From the NCBI GenBank assembly GCA_049297675.1, contig JBAQUS010000010.1:6781-70780 (forward strand): a stretch of DNA of 64,000 bases. The letters run 5' to 3'. Both the position numbers and the translations under genes were made by a program. Each line of letters begins with the position of its first letter. The first letter of the stretch is position 1. The stretch comes from Minisyncoccia bacterium. GTDB taxonomy: Bacteria > Patescibacteriota > Minisyncoccia > Phycocordibacterales > DATDWN01. The notes beneath the pieces were generated by a model. That model made no database searches. It was not told the origin of the DNA and saw nothing but the letters and a program-made list of their open reading frames with translations. This document shows positions 25,758 through 35,522 of the stretch, piece by piece.

Positions 25758-26582
25758 TTGAAAGATATGTCTAATGATGATAAAACAGCACAAGCCTTTG
25801 CCACTTCATGGAATAATTTACCTAAAGGATCAATTTACACTGCGGACCAGTTCGTTGATTGGATGACTCCAATTACAAAAGGAGATGTAAAAAATAAAAG
25901 AGTGCTTGAGCTCGGTTGTGGTAATGCTAGTCTCATGGTTCATATATTGAATTGGGGACCATCCTATCTTGAGGGTGTTGATTTGGGTGATTCTGTTCTA
26001 TCGGCAGAAGAAAACTTATTAAGCAAGAAAAATTGGAAAATTGTTAAAGCTGATCTTACACAATATCGAAGTGAGGGTTTTGATGTGGTTTATTGCATTG
26101 GGGTAATACATCATTTAAAAAGTCCCAAGTCAGGATTTGATTCTGTGATTAAAAATACAGAAAAAGGAGGGAAATTTCATGTCTGGGTATATGCTAAAGA
26201 GGGAAACGGGATAATAATATATATTGTTGATCCAATTAGAAAAGTTGCTTCGGCACTACCGTGGTGGATTATAAAATATTTTATTGCCACTCCTCTCGTT
26301 ACACCATTCTTTTTTTATGCTAATATTGTTAGGATTTTTAAAAATGTTGGTTTTGTAAAGAGATTGCCTCTTTATGAATATAGTCAGTGGATTTCAAAAA
26401 GAGAATATAGTTTTTTTAGACATGTTGCTTTCGATCAGCTGGTTACACCACAGACTACATATATAACACGAAGCACAATTGAAAGTTGGCTTGTCTCTAA
26501 CGATAGAATTGATAAAAATACTACTTATGTAATATTAAGAAATGGTAACTCTTGGAAATTTGGTGGAAGTTTAAAGTTGTAG
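25758..26582 (+). CDS. Class I SAM-dependent methyltransferase
   Basis: Motif I is VLELGCGNASLMVHIL, followed by VDLGDSV. Confidence 0.7.
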   Translation: MKDMSNDDKTAQAFATSWNNLPKGSIYTADQFVDWMTPITKGDVKNKRVLELGCGNASLMVHILNWGPSYLEGVDLGDSVLSAEENLLSKKNWKIVKADLTQYRSEGFDVVYCIGVIHHLKSPKSGFDSVIKNTEKGGKFHVWVYAKEGNGIIIYIVDPIRKVASALPWWIIKYFIATPLVTPFFFYANIVRIFKNVGFVKRLPLYEYSQWISKREYSFFRHVAFDQLVTPQTTYITRSTIESWLVSNDRIDKNTTYVILRNGNSWKFGGSLKL

Positions 26583-26635
26583 TGTTTCGTTTGACATAAT
26601 ATATTTTTCTGTTAATACTTAGCTGTATAAATTAA

Positions 26636-27565
26636 ATGATTTCTATTGTTATCCCCGTGTATAATGAGGAAGAAAATGTTGTCTTGTTATATAACAAGAT
26701 AGTTTCAGTGATGGAAAAAATGAAAGATAATTATGAAATTATTTTTAGTGATAATGCTTCTACAGACTCTACATTAAAAAAACTTAAAACATTACCAAGA
26801 GTAAAAATTTTGTTGTTGTCTAGAAATTTCGGACAAACATCTAATCTTGATGCTGCAATTCATGAGGCTATTGGTGATATTATAGTGACAATGGACGGTG
26901 ATTTACAAAATGATCCTGAAGATATTCCAAAACTAGTTGAGAAAATTAACGAGGGTTATGATGTTGTTTCTGGATGGAGAATTGAAAGAAATGATTCATT
27001 TAGTAGAAGGTCATTATCTAGGTCTGCTAATTGGCTTGCCAGCATTGTTACTGGTTTAAAACTAAAAGACTCTGCATGTGCTATCAAGGCGTATAAAAGT
27101 GAAGTATTAAGTGATATTCATTTGTATGGAGAGATGCACGTGTTTTTGCCAGCATATTTGTATATGAGAGGAGCAAAAGTTTGTGAGATTCCAGTTAAAC
27201 ACCATTCAAGGAAGCATGGATTTTCAAAACATAATTTTATGAAAGCGGTAAAGGACATATCCGATTTACTAACCATTCGTTTCTTATCAAGTATGAATGG
27301 TAGACCACTCGTGTTTTTTGGTGGTGTTGGTGTTGTATCTATGTTTCTTGGATTTATCATTTTTGCTATTTCAGTATACTTAAAACTTGCTTCAATAAGA
27401 AATTTTGGACAAACACCCTTACCAATTCTCGCTATATTTTTTGTTTTATCATCAATTATTTTCATACTTTTAGGGTTTCTTGCTGAATTGATGTTGAGAA
27501 TATATTTTGAAACAAGTAACAAAAAACCATATTCAATAAGGGAAAGGATAATTATAGGTAAATAA
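26636..27565 (+). CDS. GtrB-like GT2 polyprenol-phosphate sugar synthase with C-terminal TM helices (paralog of 19876..20823)
   Basis: Motifs ISIVIPVYNEEENV and DGDLQNDPEDIPKLVEKINEGYDVVSGWR, plus two C-terminal TM helices. It is co-linear with the paralog at 19876..20823. Confidence 0.75.
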   Translation: MISIVIPVYNEEENVVLLYNKIVSVMEKMKDNYEIIFSDNASTDSTLKKLKTLPRVKILLLSRNFGQTSNLDAAIHEAIGDIIVTMDGDLQNDPEDIPKLVEKINEGYDVVSGWRIERNDSFSRRSLSRSANWLASIVTGLKLKDSACAIKAYKSEVLSDIHLYGEMHVFLPAYLYMRGAKVCEIPVKHHSRKHGFSKHNFMKAVKDISDLLTIRFLSSMNGRPLVFFGGVGVVSMFLGFIIFAISVYLKLASIRNFGQTPLPILAIFFVLSSIIFILLGFLAELMLRIYFETSNKKPYSIRERIIIGK

Positions 27566-27569
27566 AATT

Positions 27570-28259
27570 ATGAAAGTAGTAATATTGGCTGCAGGTGAAG
27601 GTGTTCGTATGAGACCACTTACTCTTACAACACCAAAACCACTTATTATAGTATCTGGTAAACCAATACTCGATCATATTTTTGTGGCACTGCCTTTGGA
27701 AATTAATGAAGTTATAATAGTAGTTGGACATCTCGGCAACAAAATAAAAGATTATTGTGGTGATAGTTTTTACAACAGAAGAATAAAGTATGTTGAGGGT
27801 TCAAAGGAGGGTAACGCTATGAGTTTTTTGTCAGCAAAACCATTTTTAGAAAATGAAGAACGTTTTTTGCTAGTACAAGGTGATGAATTGCCATATAAAA
27901 AAGACGTAGAAAGATGCTTGAGTCATAAATCAAGCAGTCTTTGTTGGGAGATAAATGACCCATGGAATCATGGAGTTATAACTTTAAAAGATGGAATGAT
28001 AAATGATATTATTGAGAAGCCAAAAAATCCACTATCAAATTTAATAAGTAATGGTGTAATGGTTATTACGAGTAAAATTTTTGATTGTATTCCAAAAAGA
28101 GAAAACAATGGTGAGTATTATTTTTCATCCATGTTTAATCAGTACATTAAAAAAGAAAATGTTGTAGCGGTTTCAACGATCTATGGTACAGTGGGTTTTT
28201 CAAGTCCAGAAGATATAAAAAGAAACGAGGAGGTTTTAAAATCTCGACCAAAAATCTAA
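27570..28259 (+). CDS. Sugar-1-phosphate nucleotidyltransferase (HddC-like heptose-1-P guanylyltransferase candidate)
   Basis: The NTP_transferase N-terminus is MKVVILAAGEGVRMRPLTLTTPKPLIIVSGKPILDHI. The HddC assignment is inferred from the pathway context (adjacent HddA-like kinase, GmhA, GmhB). Confidence 0.55.
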   Translation: MKVVILAAGEGVRMRPLTLTTPKPLIIVSGKPILDHIFVALPLEINEVIIVVGHLGNKIKDYCGDSFYNRRIKYVEGSKEGNAMSFLSAKPFLENEERFLLVQGDELPYKKDVERCLSHKSSSLCWEINDPWNHGVITLKDGMINDIIEKPKNPLSNLISNGVMVITSKIFDCIPKRENNGEYYFSSMFNQYIKKENVVAVSTIYGTVGFSSPEDIKRNEEVLKSRPKI

Positions 28260-28287
28260 GTTGAAAAAATGGCTGACATGACCTATA

Positions 28288-29307
28288 GTGAGTGGTATGA
28301 TAATTAGTCGTACCCCATTTCGAATACCATTAGGAGGAGGATCAACAGATTTACCAGCATATTACGAGAAGTATGGAGGTTTTATTTTTGCTGTAACTAT
28401 TAATTTGTATATGTATATAGGGGCAAATAGGCCACCGGTTGATGATTTAATAAGAGTAAAATATCATGAAAGTGAGACGGTTTCAGATGTGAATGATTTA
28501 AGGCACGGATTAGCGAAGTATGCCTTAAAAAGAACCAGGTTGAACAAAATGATTGAGATATCTTCAAAGGCTGATGTTCCCGATGGTACTGGACTAGGAA
28601 GTTCGGCAAGTTATCTTGTGGGACTTCTTAATGTTCTCCATACATTGAATGGTCGTAATATTTCGAGACGTCAAATTGCTGAAGAGGCATTTCAGATTGC
28701 CACAAAGGATTTAGATCTACCAGATGGTAAACAGGATTTTTATGTTACGTCCTTCGGAAATTTTACTGTTTTAGATATTGATAAAAATGGAAACGTAAAA
28801 GTGTCCAACGCAAAAGTTAGCAGTGATACACAGAAGAAATTTGAGGATCAAACCCTTTTATTTTATACCGGGGTAAGAAGATCCAGCACTGACATTTTGA
28901 AAGAGCAACAAAAAAAGATTAAATCAAATGATTTAAAATCTATAAAACTAAAACATGAGATAAAAAAAATTGGTCAGCAGATACATAAAGTATTTGAAGA
29001 GGGAGACCTTGATACTTTTGGTAAATTAATGCACAAACATTGGGAACTTAAGAAAAAGATGTCAGATAAAATGTCCAATGATATTTTTGATGAAATCTAT
29101 GAGAAAGTTAGGAAGCAAGGGGTAGTAGGAGGGAAAATATTGGGTGCAGGTGGCGGGGGATTTTTTCTTGTTTATTGTAGAAAGGGAACTCAAAATGCAA
29201 TTAAAAAGATATTTAGTAACTACAAAATGAGGCATATTCCTATTAGAGTTGACTCGGGAGGAACACAAATAATCGTTAATCACCCACGTAATTCAAATAC
29301 AATATAA
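28288..29307 (+). CDS. GHMP kinase, D-glycero-alpha-D-manno-heptose-7-phosphate kinase (HddA)-like
   Basis: The N-terminal IISRTPFRIPLGGGSTDLP resembles HddA. The GHMP ATP-binding motif is PDGTGLGSSASYLVGLL. Confidence 0.65.
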   Translation: MSGMIISRTPFRIPLGGGSTDLPAYYEKYGGFIFAVTINLYMYIGANRPPVDDLIRVKYHESETVSDVNDLRHGLAKYALKRTRLNKMIEISSKADVPDGTGLGSSASYLVGLLNVLHTLNGRNISRRQIAEEAFQIATKDLDLPDGKQDFYVTSFGNFTVLDIDKNGNVKVSNAKVSSDTQKKFEDQTLLFYTGVRRSSTDILKEQQKKIKSNDLKSIKLKHEIKKIGQQIHKVFEEGDLDTFGKLMHKHWELKKKMSDKMSNDIFDEIYEKVRKQGVVGGKILGAGGGGFFLVYCRKGTQNAIKKIFSNYKMRHIPIRVDSGGTQIIVNHPRNSNTI

Positions 29308-30134
29308 TGTCTAGGAAAAAAGTTATAGTAATAGTTGGTGCCACGGGTGTACTTGGCTCTTCTATTGCTGAAAAATTTACTGACTCTGATGCTGAATTAG
29401 TATTAACTTGTAGCACAAGGAACAAAATTAAATTGCTAAAAGGTTCAATGACCGAAGTTGTTGATGTTACATCGGACAAGTCGGTTAAAAATTTCTTCAA
29501 AAAAGTACAAATAAGATACAAAAAAATTGACGTTTTGATTACAGCCTTTGGGGTTTATGGAAGCATCGGTCTTTTAAGTGATATTGACCCAAGGAGATGG
29601 GAAAATGCAATCAATGTAAATTTATTTGGGAATGTTAAATGTTTTTATTATGCAATTCCACTTCTTAAAAAATCTAAAAATGGGAAAATAATAACTTTTG
29701 CTGGTGGTGGAGAGGGGGCGAAGCCAAACTTCACTTCTTATGTCAGTAGTAAAATGGCTGTAGTAAGATTGATCGAAACTTTGGGTGAAGAATTAAAGGA
29801 TAATAACATTGATGTGAACGCCATCTCTCCGGGTCCTATAAAATCTAGATTCACTGAAGATATAATAAAAGCCGGTGCTAAGCTTGCTGGTAAAAAATCA
29901 TTTGATGAGGCAAAGGAGCAAATGAGTGGTAGAAAAGAAACAGTAGATCCAAAATTAATTGCGAATCTTGTAGAATTTCTTTCATCATCTGATTCAGATG
30001 GCATAACTGGTAAAAACATTAGCGCAGTTCATGATCCATGGAGGGATTTTTCAAATCATAAAAAAGATATAATAAACTCCAAGGTTTATACATTTCATAG
30101 AATTAAGCCTAAGGAAGAAGGTTATGACTGGTAA
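29307..30134 (+). CDS. Short-chain dehydrogenase/reductase (SDR) family oxidoreductase
   Basis: The Rossmann motif is VIVIVGATGVLGSSIAEKF. The SDR catalytic region YVSSKMAV has the YxxxK signature. Confidence 0.75.
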   Translation: MSRKKVIVIVGATGVLGSSIAEKFTDSDAELVLTCSTRNKIKLLKGSMTEVVDVTSDKSVKNFFKKVQIRYKKIDVLITAFGVYGSIGLLSDIDPRRWENAINVNLFGNVKCFYYAIPLLKKSKNGKIITFAGGGEGAKPNFTSYVSSKMAVVRLIETLGEELKDNNIDVNAISPGPIKSRFTEDIIKAGAKLAGKKSFDEAKEQMSGRKETVDPKLIANLVEFLSSSDSDGITGKNISAVHDPWRDFSNHKKDIINSKVYTFHRIKPKEEGYDW

Positions 30135-31131
30135 AAATATTAAAATTGGAATCATTGGAGCTGGGAAAATGGGTTCGCGTTGGGCAGATATTGTAAGCAA
30201 AAATAAGGATACTAATCTAACAGTTATTATTGATACAAATAATGCTTCAGGATTAAATTTATCAAAAAAATATTCTGCTAAATACTACCAAGACCTCAAG
30301 TCAATTTTAGAATCTGATATTCCAGATGCTTTTTTAGTTATAACACCACACAGGTTTTTATCAGATTATGCAAGAGAAATTTTGACCATGAATAAGCACG
30401 TTTTTATCGAAAAACCAGGTGCATCATCAGCTAAGGACATGAAAAGCATTATCGGTTTAGCAAAAAGAAAGAAGAGGATTTTAATGGTAGGATTTAATTA
30501 CCGATTTTTTGATGCTATTAGTCGTGCTTATAATATTGTTAAAAAAGGCGAGATAGGTAAATTGTTATCTATACGTATCAAACACGGTCACGCTGGTCGT
30601 CCTGGTTATGAAAATGAATGGAGAATGAACAAAAAAATGGCTGGTGGTGGGGTCTTGATGGATCAAGGGGTCCATCTTATTGACCTGGCACTTTGGTTTT
30701 TTGGTAGTCAAAAAAAAGGCAAGATCAAATTTGTTTCAGGAGTAATGAGTAATTTATTTTTAAATACAAAGGTAGAAGATAATGCCATGGTGGTTCTGAA
30801 ACATTCCAACGGAAGCATTGCTTCGATTTCTGTTGGAGTTAGTGAGTGGCAACCTGTTTTCCAATTAGAGGCCATATGTACTTTAGGTTTGTGTAGGGTA
30901 GATGGTGTAGGTAGGAAATATGGAGGTAGGGAGTTGTTGACAGTGACGAAACATGACAGTAAAGCTGAACTCAGTTCCAAGGAATTTGAGTGTAATTCAG
31001 ACCCTGATAATTCTTTAAGATATGAATTAGCAGAATTTATCAATGCTATTAAGGGTCATAGAAAACCAGTTCCTGGCGGGGATGATGCCCTAAACACCCT
31101 TTTAGTTATTGGTAAAATTTACTCTAAATAA
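30124..31131 (+). CDS. Gfo/Idh/MocA-family NAD(P)-dependent oxidoreductase
   Basis: Contains IKIGIIGAGKMGSRWADIV and the EKP motif FIEKPGASS. Confidence 0.75.
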   Translation: MTGKNIKIGIIGAGKMGSRWADIVSKNKDTNLTVIIDTNNASGLNLSKKYSAKYYQDLKSILESDIPDAFLVITPHRFLSDYAREILTMNKHVFIEKPGASSAKDMKSIIGLAKRKKRILMVGFNYRFFDAISRAYNIVKKGEIGKLLSIRIKHGHAGRPGYENEWRMNKKMAGGGVLMDQGVHLIDLALWFFGSQKKGKIKFVSGVMSNLFLNTKVEDNAMVVLKHSNGSIASISVGVSEWQPVFQLEAICTLGLCRVDGVGRKYGGRELLTVTKHDSKAELSSKEFECNSDPDNSLRYELAEFINAIKGHRKPVPGGDDALNTLLVIGKIYSK

Positions 31132-31132
31132 A

Positions 31133-32260
31133 ATGAGAAAAAAATTTAAAAAAATACTTGTTACGGGGGGGGCTGGCTTCATAGGTTCACATGTAGTAGA
31201 TGAGCTAGTCAAATCTGGCTACAAGGTAAGAATATTAGATTCACTTTGTTATCCCTCTCATGATGGCAAATTGCCGTTTTGGATAAACAAAAAGGCTGAG
31301 TTTATACATGGAGATGTAACTAAAAAGAAAGACTGGGTTAGAGCTTTAGATGGAGTTGAAGCCATAATACATCTTGCCGCCTACATGGATTATCATAAAA
31401 ATTTTAGTGGATATGTTAGAACAAACATAGAAAGTATCGCTTTAATGTTTGAGGTTATACTTGAAAACAATATTAAAATAAAAAAAATTATTTCAGCATC
31501 CTCACAATCTGTATATGGTGAGGGTAAGTACAAATGTATCAAACACGGAGAGTTTTATGGGGTGAAAAGAAGTGAGGATCAACTCAGAAAACACATTTGG
31601 GAACAACTTTGTCCTCGATGTGATAGAGTTTCACTTCCTGTTATAGAAGAAGAAGAAGATGATAATTTAAATCCTCTTTCTCCTTACGGTATTTCCAAAT
31701 TATCAAGTGAATTAATGCTAAAAAATTTAGGGCATGAGTATAATGTACCCGTGGTTCTTTTGAGATTTAGTATAGTACTTGGTGCTAGACAATCATATCG
31801 TCACTTTTATTCCGGAGCCTTAAGATCATTTACAGTAAATGTATTGAGTAATGACCCTATCCAACTAAATGAGGATGGTAAACAAATAAGGGATTTTGTC
31901 CATGTTCGCGATGTTGCCTTGGTCCATATCTTTGTTCTCGAGGATAACAGAACTAATTTTGAAAGTTATAATGTTGGTAGAGGTAAATCTACATCAGTTC
32001 TTGAGTTGGCAAAAATGGTTGCCAAGGTTGGCATGGTTGATTTTAATCCATTATTAAATAATCGTTTTAGAGTAGGAAGCACACGTCATTCCATGATGAG
32101 CATTGCAAAATTAAGAAAATTAGGTTGGAAACCAAAGTACTCAATAGAAGATGCTGTCAAAGAATATTATAAATGGATAAGGCAATTTAAAGATCTTGAT
32201 AAGATATTGACTAGTAACGAATTACAAATGAAAAATAGTGGGATTATAAAAAATTACTAA
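31133..32260 (+). CDS. NAD-dependent epimerase/dehydratase (extended SDR) acting on a nucleotide sugar
   Basis: The motif ILVTGGAGFIGSHVVDELVKSGYKV is present and the YxxxK region reads YGISKLSSE. The start was moved to the ATG at 31133, just after the upstream stop. Confidence 0.75.
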   Translation: MRKKFKKILVTGGAGFIGSHVVDELVKSGYKVRILDSLCYPSHDGKLPFWINKKAEFIHGDVTKKKDWVRALDGVEAIIHLAAYMDYHKNFSGYVRTNIESIALMFEVILENNIKIKKIISASSQSVYGEGKYKCIKHGEFYGVKRSEDQLRKHIWEQLCPRCDRVSLPVIEEEEDDNLNPLSPYGISKLSSELMLKNLGHEYNVPVVLLRFSIVLGARQSYRHFYSGALRSFTVNVLSNDPIQLNEDGKQIRDFVHVRDVALVHIFVLEDNRTNFESYNVGRGKSTSVLELAKMVAKVGMVDFNPLLNNRFRVGSTRHSMMSIAKLRKLGWKPKYSIEDAVKEYYKWIRQFKDLDKILTSNELQMKNSGIIKNY

Positions 32261-32261
32261 T

Positions 32262-33539
32262 ATGAAAATTTCTGTAATAGGATTGTGGCATTTAGGAAAC
32301 GTAATATCAGCGTCAATGGCAGAATTAGGACATGATGTTGTAGGTATTGATTTCGATGACAAAAAAATAGATGAGTTAAGAAGAAATAAAATTCCTGTCA
32401 ATGAACAAGGTTTATCACAAATGCTTAATAAGCATCAAAGTAAGGGTAGACTGAAATTTGATTCAAATCCTGAAGCAGTAAAAAATTCTAATGTTTTAAT
32501 TATTGCATATGATACTCCTGTATCTAAAAATGATGAAGTTGATACTACAGTTATTTTTCAAGCAATGAAGAAGATTAGGCCATTTTTGAATAAAAATGTA
32601 CTTGTAGTTGTAATGAGCCAAGTTCCAGTTGGCACCACAGCTTTATTGTCAAAAGGTTTTAAAAAAATAATTTATTGTCCAGAAAATTTGCAACTCGGAA
32701 AAGCTATCGATTGTTTTTTAAATCCAGATAGAATCATTATTGGTTCAAATGATAAGGATTCTACCGAGATGTTCATTAAAGTAATAAAAGACATAAAAGG
32801 ACCAAGAATTTTTATGAGTATTGCCTCTGCTGAAATGAGTAAGCACGCCTTAAATGCATTTTTAGCCACATCCCTTTCCTTTACTTATAACATTTCAGAT
32901 TTATGTGAAAGGGTTAACGCGGATGTAATAGATGTTATGAAGGCGTTAAAAAGTGATAATCGTGTAGGAAATTTAGCCTATTTGGACACGAGTTTAGGTT
33001 TTTCCGGAGGAACTTTAATGAGAGATTTAAGGATTTTAGAATCTTTTGGCAAAAAATACAAAACACATATTCCAGTTGTCAGAGCAGTATTAAAAACAAA
33101 TGAACTAAGAAGAAAGTTAGTTGTAAAAAAGCTTGAGAAAGTATTATCACAACTTTCTACTAAAAAAATTACTATATATGGAGTTACTTATAAGCCTGGG
33201 ACCTCAACATTAAGACAATCAATTTCCATTGAACTAATTAGTGTATTAAAAAAATATAGAATAAGTGTTTCAGCATTTGATCCAAGTGCCGATAAAAATG
33301 AATTTTATAAGCAAACTGGTTTTCATTTATCAGACGATCCATATTTAGCTGCAGAAGGAAGTCATTGTCTACTTTTTATTACGCCATGCCCTGAATTCCT
33401 CAATCTAAACATCAATAATCTAAAGTCTAAAATGAAAAAACCTTACATATTTTTTGATACAAGAGGTATGTTTAAAAACATAGAATTAAATATTTCTAAA
33501 ACTGGATTAAATTATATGAGACTTGGCAAGGGTTTTTAA
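32262..33539 (+). CDS. Nucleotide-sugar dehydrogenase (UDP-glucose/GDP-mannose dehydrogenase family)
   Basis: The N-terminal MKISVIGLWHLGNVISASMAELGHDVVGIDFDDKKIDEL matches the family. The C-terminal YGVTYKPGTSTLRQSISIELI is the UDPG_MGDP_dh_C region. Confidence 0.75.
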   Translation: MKISVIGLWHLGNVISASMAELGHDVVGIDFDDKKIDELRRNKIPVNEQGLSQMLNKHQSKGRLKFDSNPEAVKNSNVLIIAYDTPVSKNDEVDTTVIFQAMKKIRPFLNKNVLVVVMSQVPVGTTALLSKGFKKIIYCPENLQLGKAIDCFLNPDRIIIGSNDKDSTEMFIKVIKDIKGPRIFMSIASAEMSKHALNAFLATSLSFTYNISDLCERVNADVIDVMKALKSDNRVGNLAYLDTSLGFSGGTLMRDLRILESFGKKYKTHIPVVRAVLKTNELRRKLVVKKLEKVLSQLSTKKITIYGVTYKPGTSTLRQSISIELISVLKKYRISVSAFDPSADKNEFYKQTGFHLSDDPYLAAEGSHCLLFITPCPEFLNLNINNLKSKMKKPYIFFDTRGMFKNIELNISKTGLNYMRLGKGF

Positions 33540-33561
33540 AGTGCTATGATGTCTAAAATAT

Positions 33562-34230
33562 ATGAATAATAATAAAAAAATTAAATCATTTTCAGATAAT
33601 TTTTTGAAGGATATTGAGGATGTTGTAATTCGTACATCCAGAGAGTATTCTTCCAAGTTAGATAATGCAATAGAGCTTCTTTTCAATGCGTGGAAAAATG
33701 ATAACTGGGTTTATATTATGGGGAATGGTGGTTCTGCATCTACTGCCACCCATATTGCTGCCGACTTGGCAAAAACTATTTGTTCTGGTCCTGAAGATCG
33801 AGGTATGAAGGCAATGGCTCTTGTAGATAATATTCCCTTGGTTAGTGCTTTAACTAACGATTGGGGTTGGGAGAATATATATGTTAACCAATTAACAACT
33901 TTTTATGAGAAGGATGGTGTAGGCGTCGGTATAAGTGTTCATGGTGGAAGTGGAAAAGATATCTCTGGTAAGTGGTCTCAAAATCTATTAAAAGGTCTGC
34001 AGTATATTAAAGATAGAGGGGGGAAAACAATTGGACTGTCTGGTTTTGATGGAGGTCCAATGAAAAAATTAGTTGATGTGAGTATAGTTGTTTCAGCAGA
34101 TTCAACTCCTATCGTTGAAGGCATGCACGTTGTACTGCATCATTTGATTGTTTTTGGTCTTAAAGAAAAAATTAATGAATACAAAAAAACTATTAATCCG
34201 GCAAAAAAGAAAAGCAGTATTTCTAGATAG
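33562..34230 (+). CDS. gmhA: Sedoheptulose-7-phosphate isomerase (SIS domain, GmhA-like)
   Basis: The SIS core GNGGSASTATHIAADLAKT and the downstream DxxxxSxSG-type region are present. Confidence 0.7.
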   Translation: MNNNKKIKSFSDNFLKDIEDVVIRTSREYSSKLDNAIELLFNAWKNDNWVYIMGNGGSASTATHIAADLAKTICSGPEDRGMKAMALVDNIPLVSALTNDWGWENIYVNQLTTFYEKDGVGVGISVHGGSGKDISGKWSQNLLKGLQYIKDRGGKTIGLSGFDGGPMKKLVDVSIVVSADSTPIVEGMHVVLHHLIVFGLKEKINEYKKTINPAKKKSSISR

Positions 34231-34750
34231 AGATGGAGTGATAAATGAACTAGTTTTTAGAGGGGAAGATTTTTTGGTTGCAAACGAAAAAGTGAGTCAC
34301 ACTGCTCCATTTTTTTTACATGAACTAAAAATCAAGAATGAAATAATTGACTCGATTATTAAAATAAAGGATATGGGTTTTTTGTGTATCTTAGTGACTA
34401 ACCAACCGGATGTGTATTATGGGGTAATGCAAGATGAAGAGTATCATAAAATTATGTCTGAAATTTCTAAATTGCCTCTGGACGATATTTTTGTTTGTAG
34501 ACATGGTAGAGACGAAAATTGTCAATGCAAAAAACCAAAAACAGGCATGTTCATAAAAGCTTCAAAGAAGTGGGATATTGATTTTGAAAAATCATTTATG
34601 GTTGGAGATAGTGATACAGACATTTTAGCAGGTAGGCATGTTGGATGTACTACCGTTTTAGTCAAAGATTGTGAACTAGAAAATGTCGATTATCATCATC
34701 GAATTAGCCATTTAAGTGAACTTTCGTCAATTCTTGTTAAGTACTCCTAG
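34175..34750 (+). CDS. gmhB: D,D-heptose-1,7-bisphosphate phosphatase (HAD family, GmhB-like)
   Basis: The HAD motif I is AVFLDRDGVINE. The GmhB Zn-binding signature CQCKKPKTGM matches CxCRKPxPGM. The ORF track starts at 34148; the ATG at 34175 gives the typical short N-terminus. Either start overlaps gmhA. Confidence 0.7.
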   Translation: MNTKKLLIRQKRKAVFLDRDGVINELVFRGEDFLVANEKVSHTAPFFLHELKIKNEIIDSIIKIKDMGFLCILVTNQPDVYYGVMQDEEYHKIMSEISKLPLDDIFVCRHGRDENCQCKKPKTGMFIKASKKWDIDFEKSFMVGDSDTDILAGRHVGCTTVLVKDCELENVDYHHRISHLSELSSILVKYS

Positions 34751-34768
34751 ATACAGTAAAATTAATTC

Positions 34769-35503
34769 ATGAAAATATTTATAGACAGTGCGAATCTTGC
34801 TGATATAGAAGAGTCATTGAGAAGGGGTTTTGCTCATGGCATTACTACTAACCCGTCTTTATTAGCTAAGGAACCAAAAGGGTCATTTAATAGTCATGTA
34901 CTAAAAATAATAAAGTTAATAAAAAAATATAAGCCTGGTACGCATTTAAGTATAGAGGTTTTTTCAAAGAATCCTGAGGAAATATATAAACAAGCATGTG
35001 ATTTTGTTAAGCGTTTCAACTATTCTCATTTAAGCATAAAGGTTCAGGTTGGATGGGATGAACTTGAGGTTATAAAAAAATTATCTGATAAAAGAATTTC
35101 AGTTAACTGTACTGCATGTATGAATACAACACAGGCTGTCATGGCTGCAAAAGCTGGAGCAAAATACGTTAGTCTTTTTTGGGGTAGGATAAAGGACGGT
35201 GGTATAGACACTGCATTTGAAAAAGTTAGAAGTGAGATGATTGAGAAAAGTGTGATAGACAAAAACGACTTCAATCCTGCGTTTGTAGTAAAGTCAGTTA
35301 GGCAAATCTTGGATGATCAAAATATTAAGTCAGAGATTATTGTCGGAAGTATTCGTGGTGTAACGGATATTCGCGATGCGGCCTTATCAGGTGCTCATAT
35401 TGTGACTATACCACCAAAATTTTTCCCTCAGATGATGAATCATTTCAAAACTGATCAGGTAGTTGAGCAGTTTTTAAGTGATTTTGATCACTGGTTGTCC
35501 TGA
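34769..35503 (+). CDS. Transaldolase / fructose-6-phosphate aldolase family (TalC/FSA-like)
   Basis: MKIFIDSANLADIEE...GITTNPSLL and IKVQVGWDELEVIKKLSDKRISVNCTACMNTTQAVMAAKAGAKYVSLFWGRIKD match the FSA/TalC core. The Schiff-base Lys lies in IKV. Confidence 0.75.
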   Translation: MKIFIDSANLADIEESLRRGFAHGITTNPSLLAKEPKGSFNSHVLKIIKLIKKYKPGTHLSIEVFSKNPEEIYKQACDFVKRFNYSHLSIKVQVGWDELEVIKKLSDKRISVNCTACMNTTQAVMAAKAGAKYVSLFWGRIKDGGIDTAFEKVRSEMIEKSVIDKNDFNPAFVVKSVRQILDDQNIKSEIIVGSIRGVTDIRDAALSGAHIVTIPPKFFPQMMNHFKTDQVVEQFLSDFDHWLS

Positions 35504-35522
35504 TTGGTTTAAGTAAAATTTT

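Noticed and set aside
34148-34230. Possibility that the gmhA/gmhB overlap (56-83 nt) indicates a frameshifted fusion or pseudogene
   Set aside because: Both reading frames are intact and each contains its full domain complement (SIS; HAD with the CxC-KP-GM motif). An internal ATG at 34175 gives a normal GmhB N-terminus. Overlapping starts are common in this window's operons.
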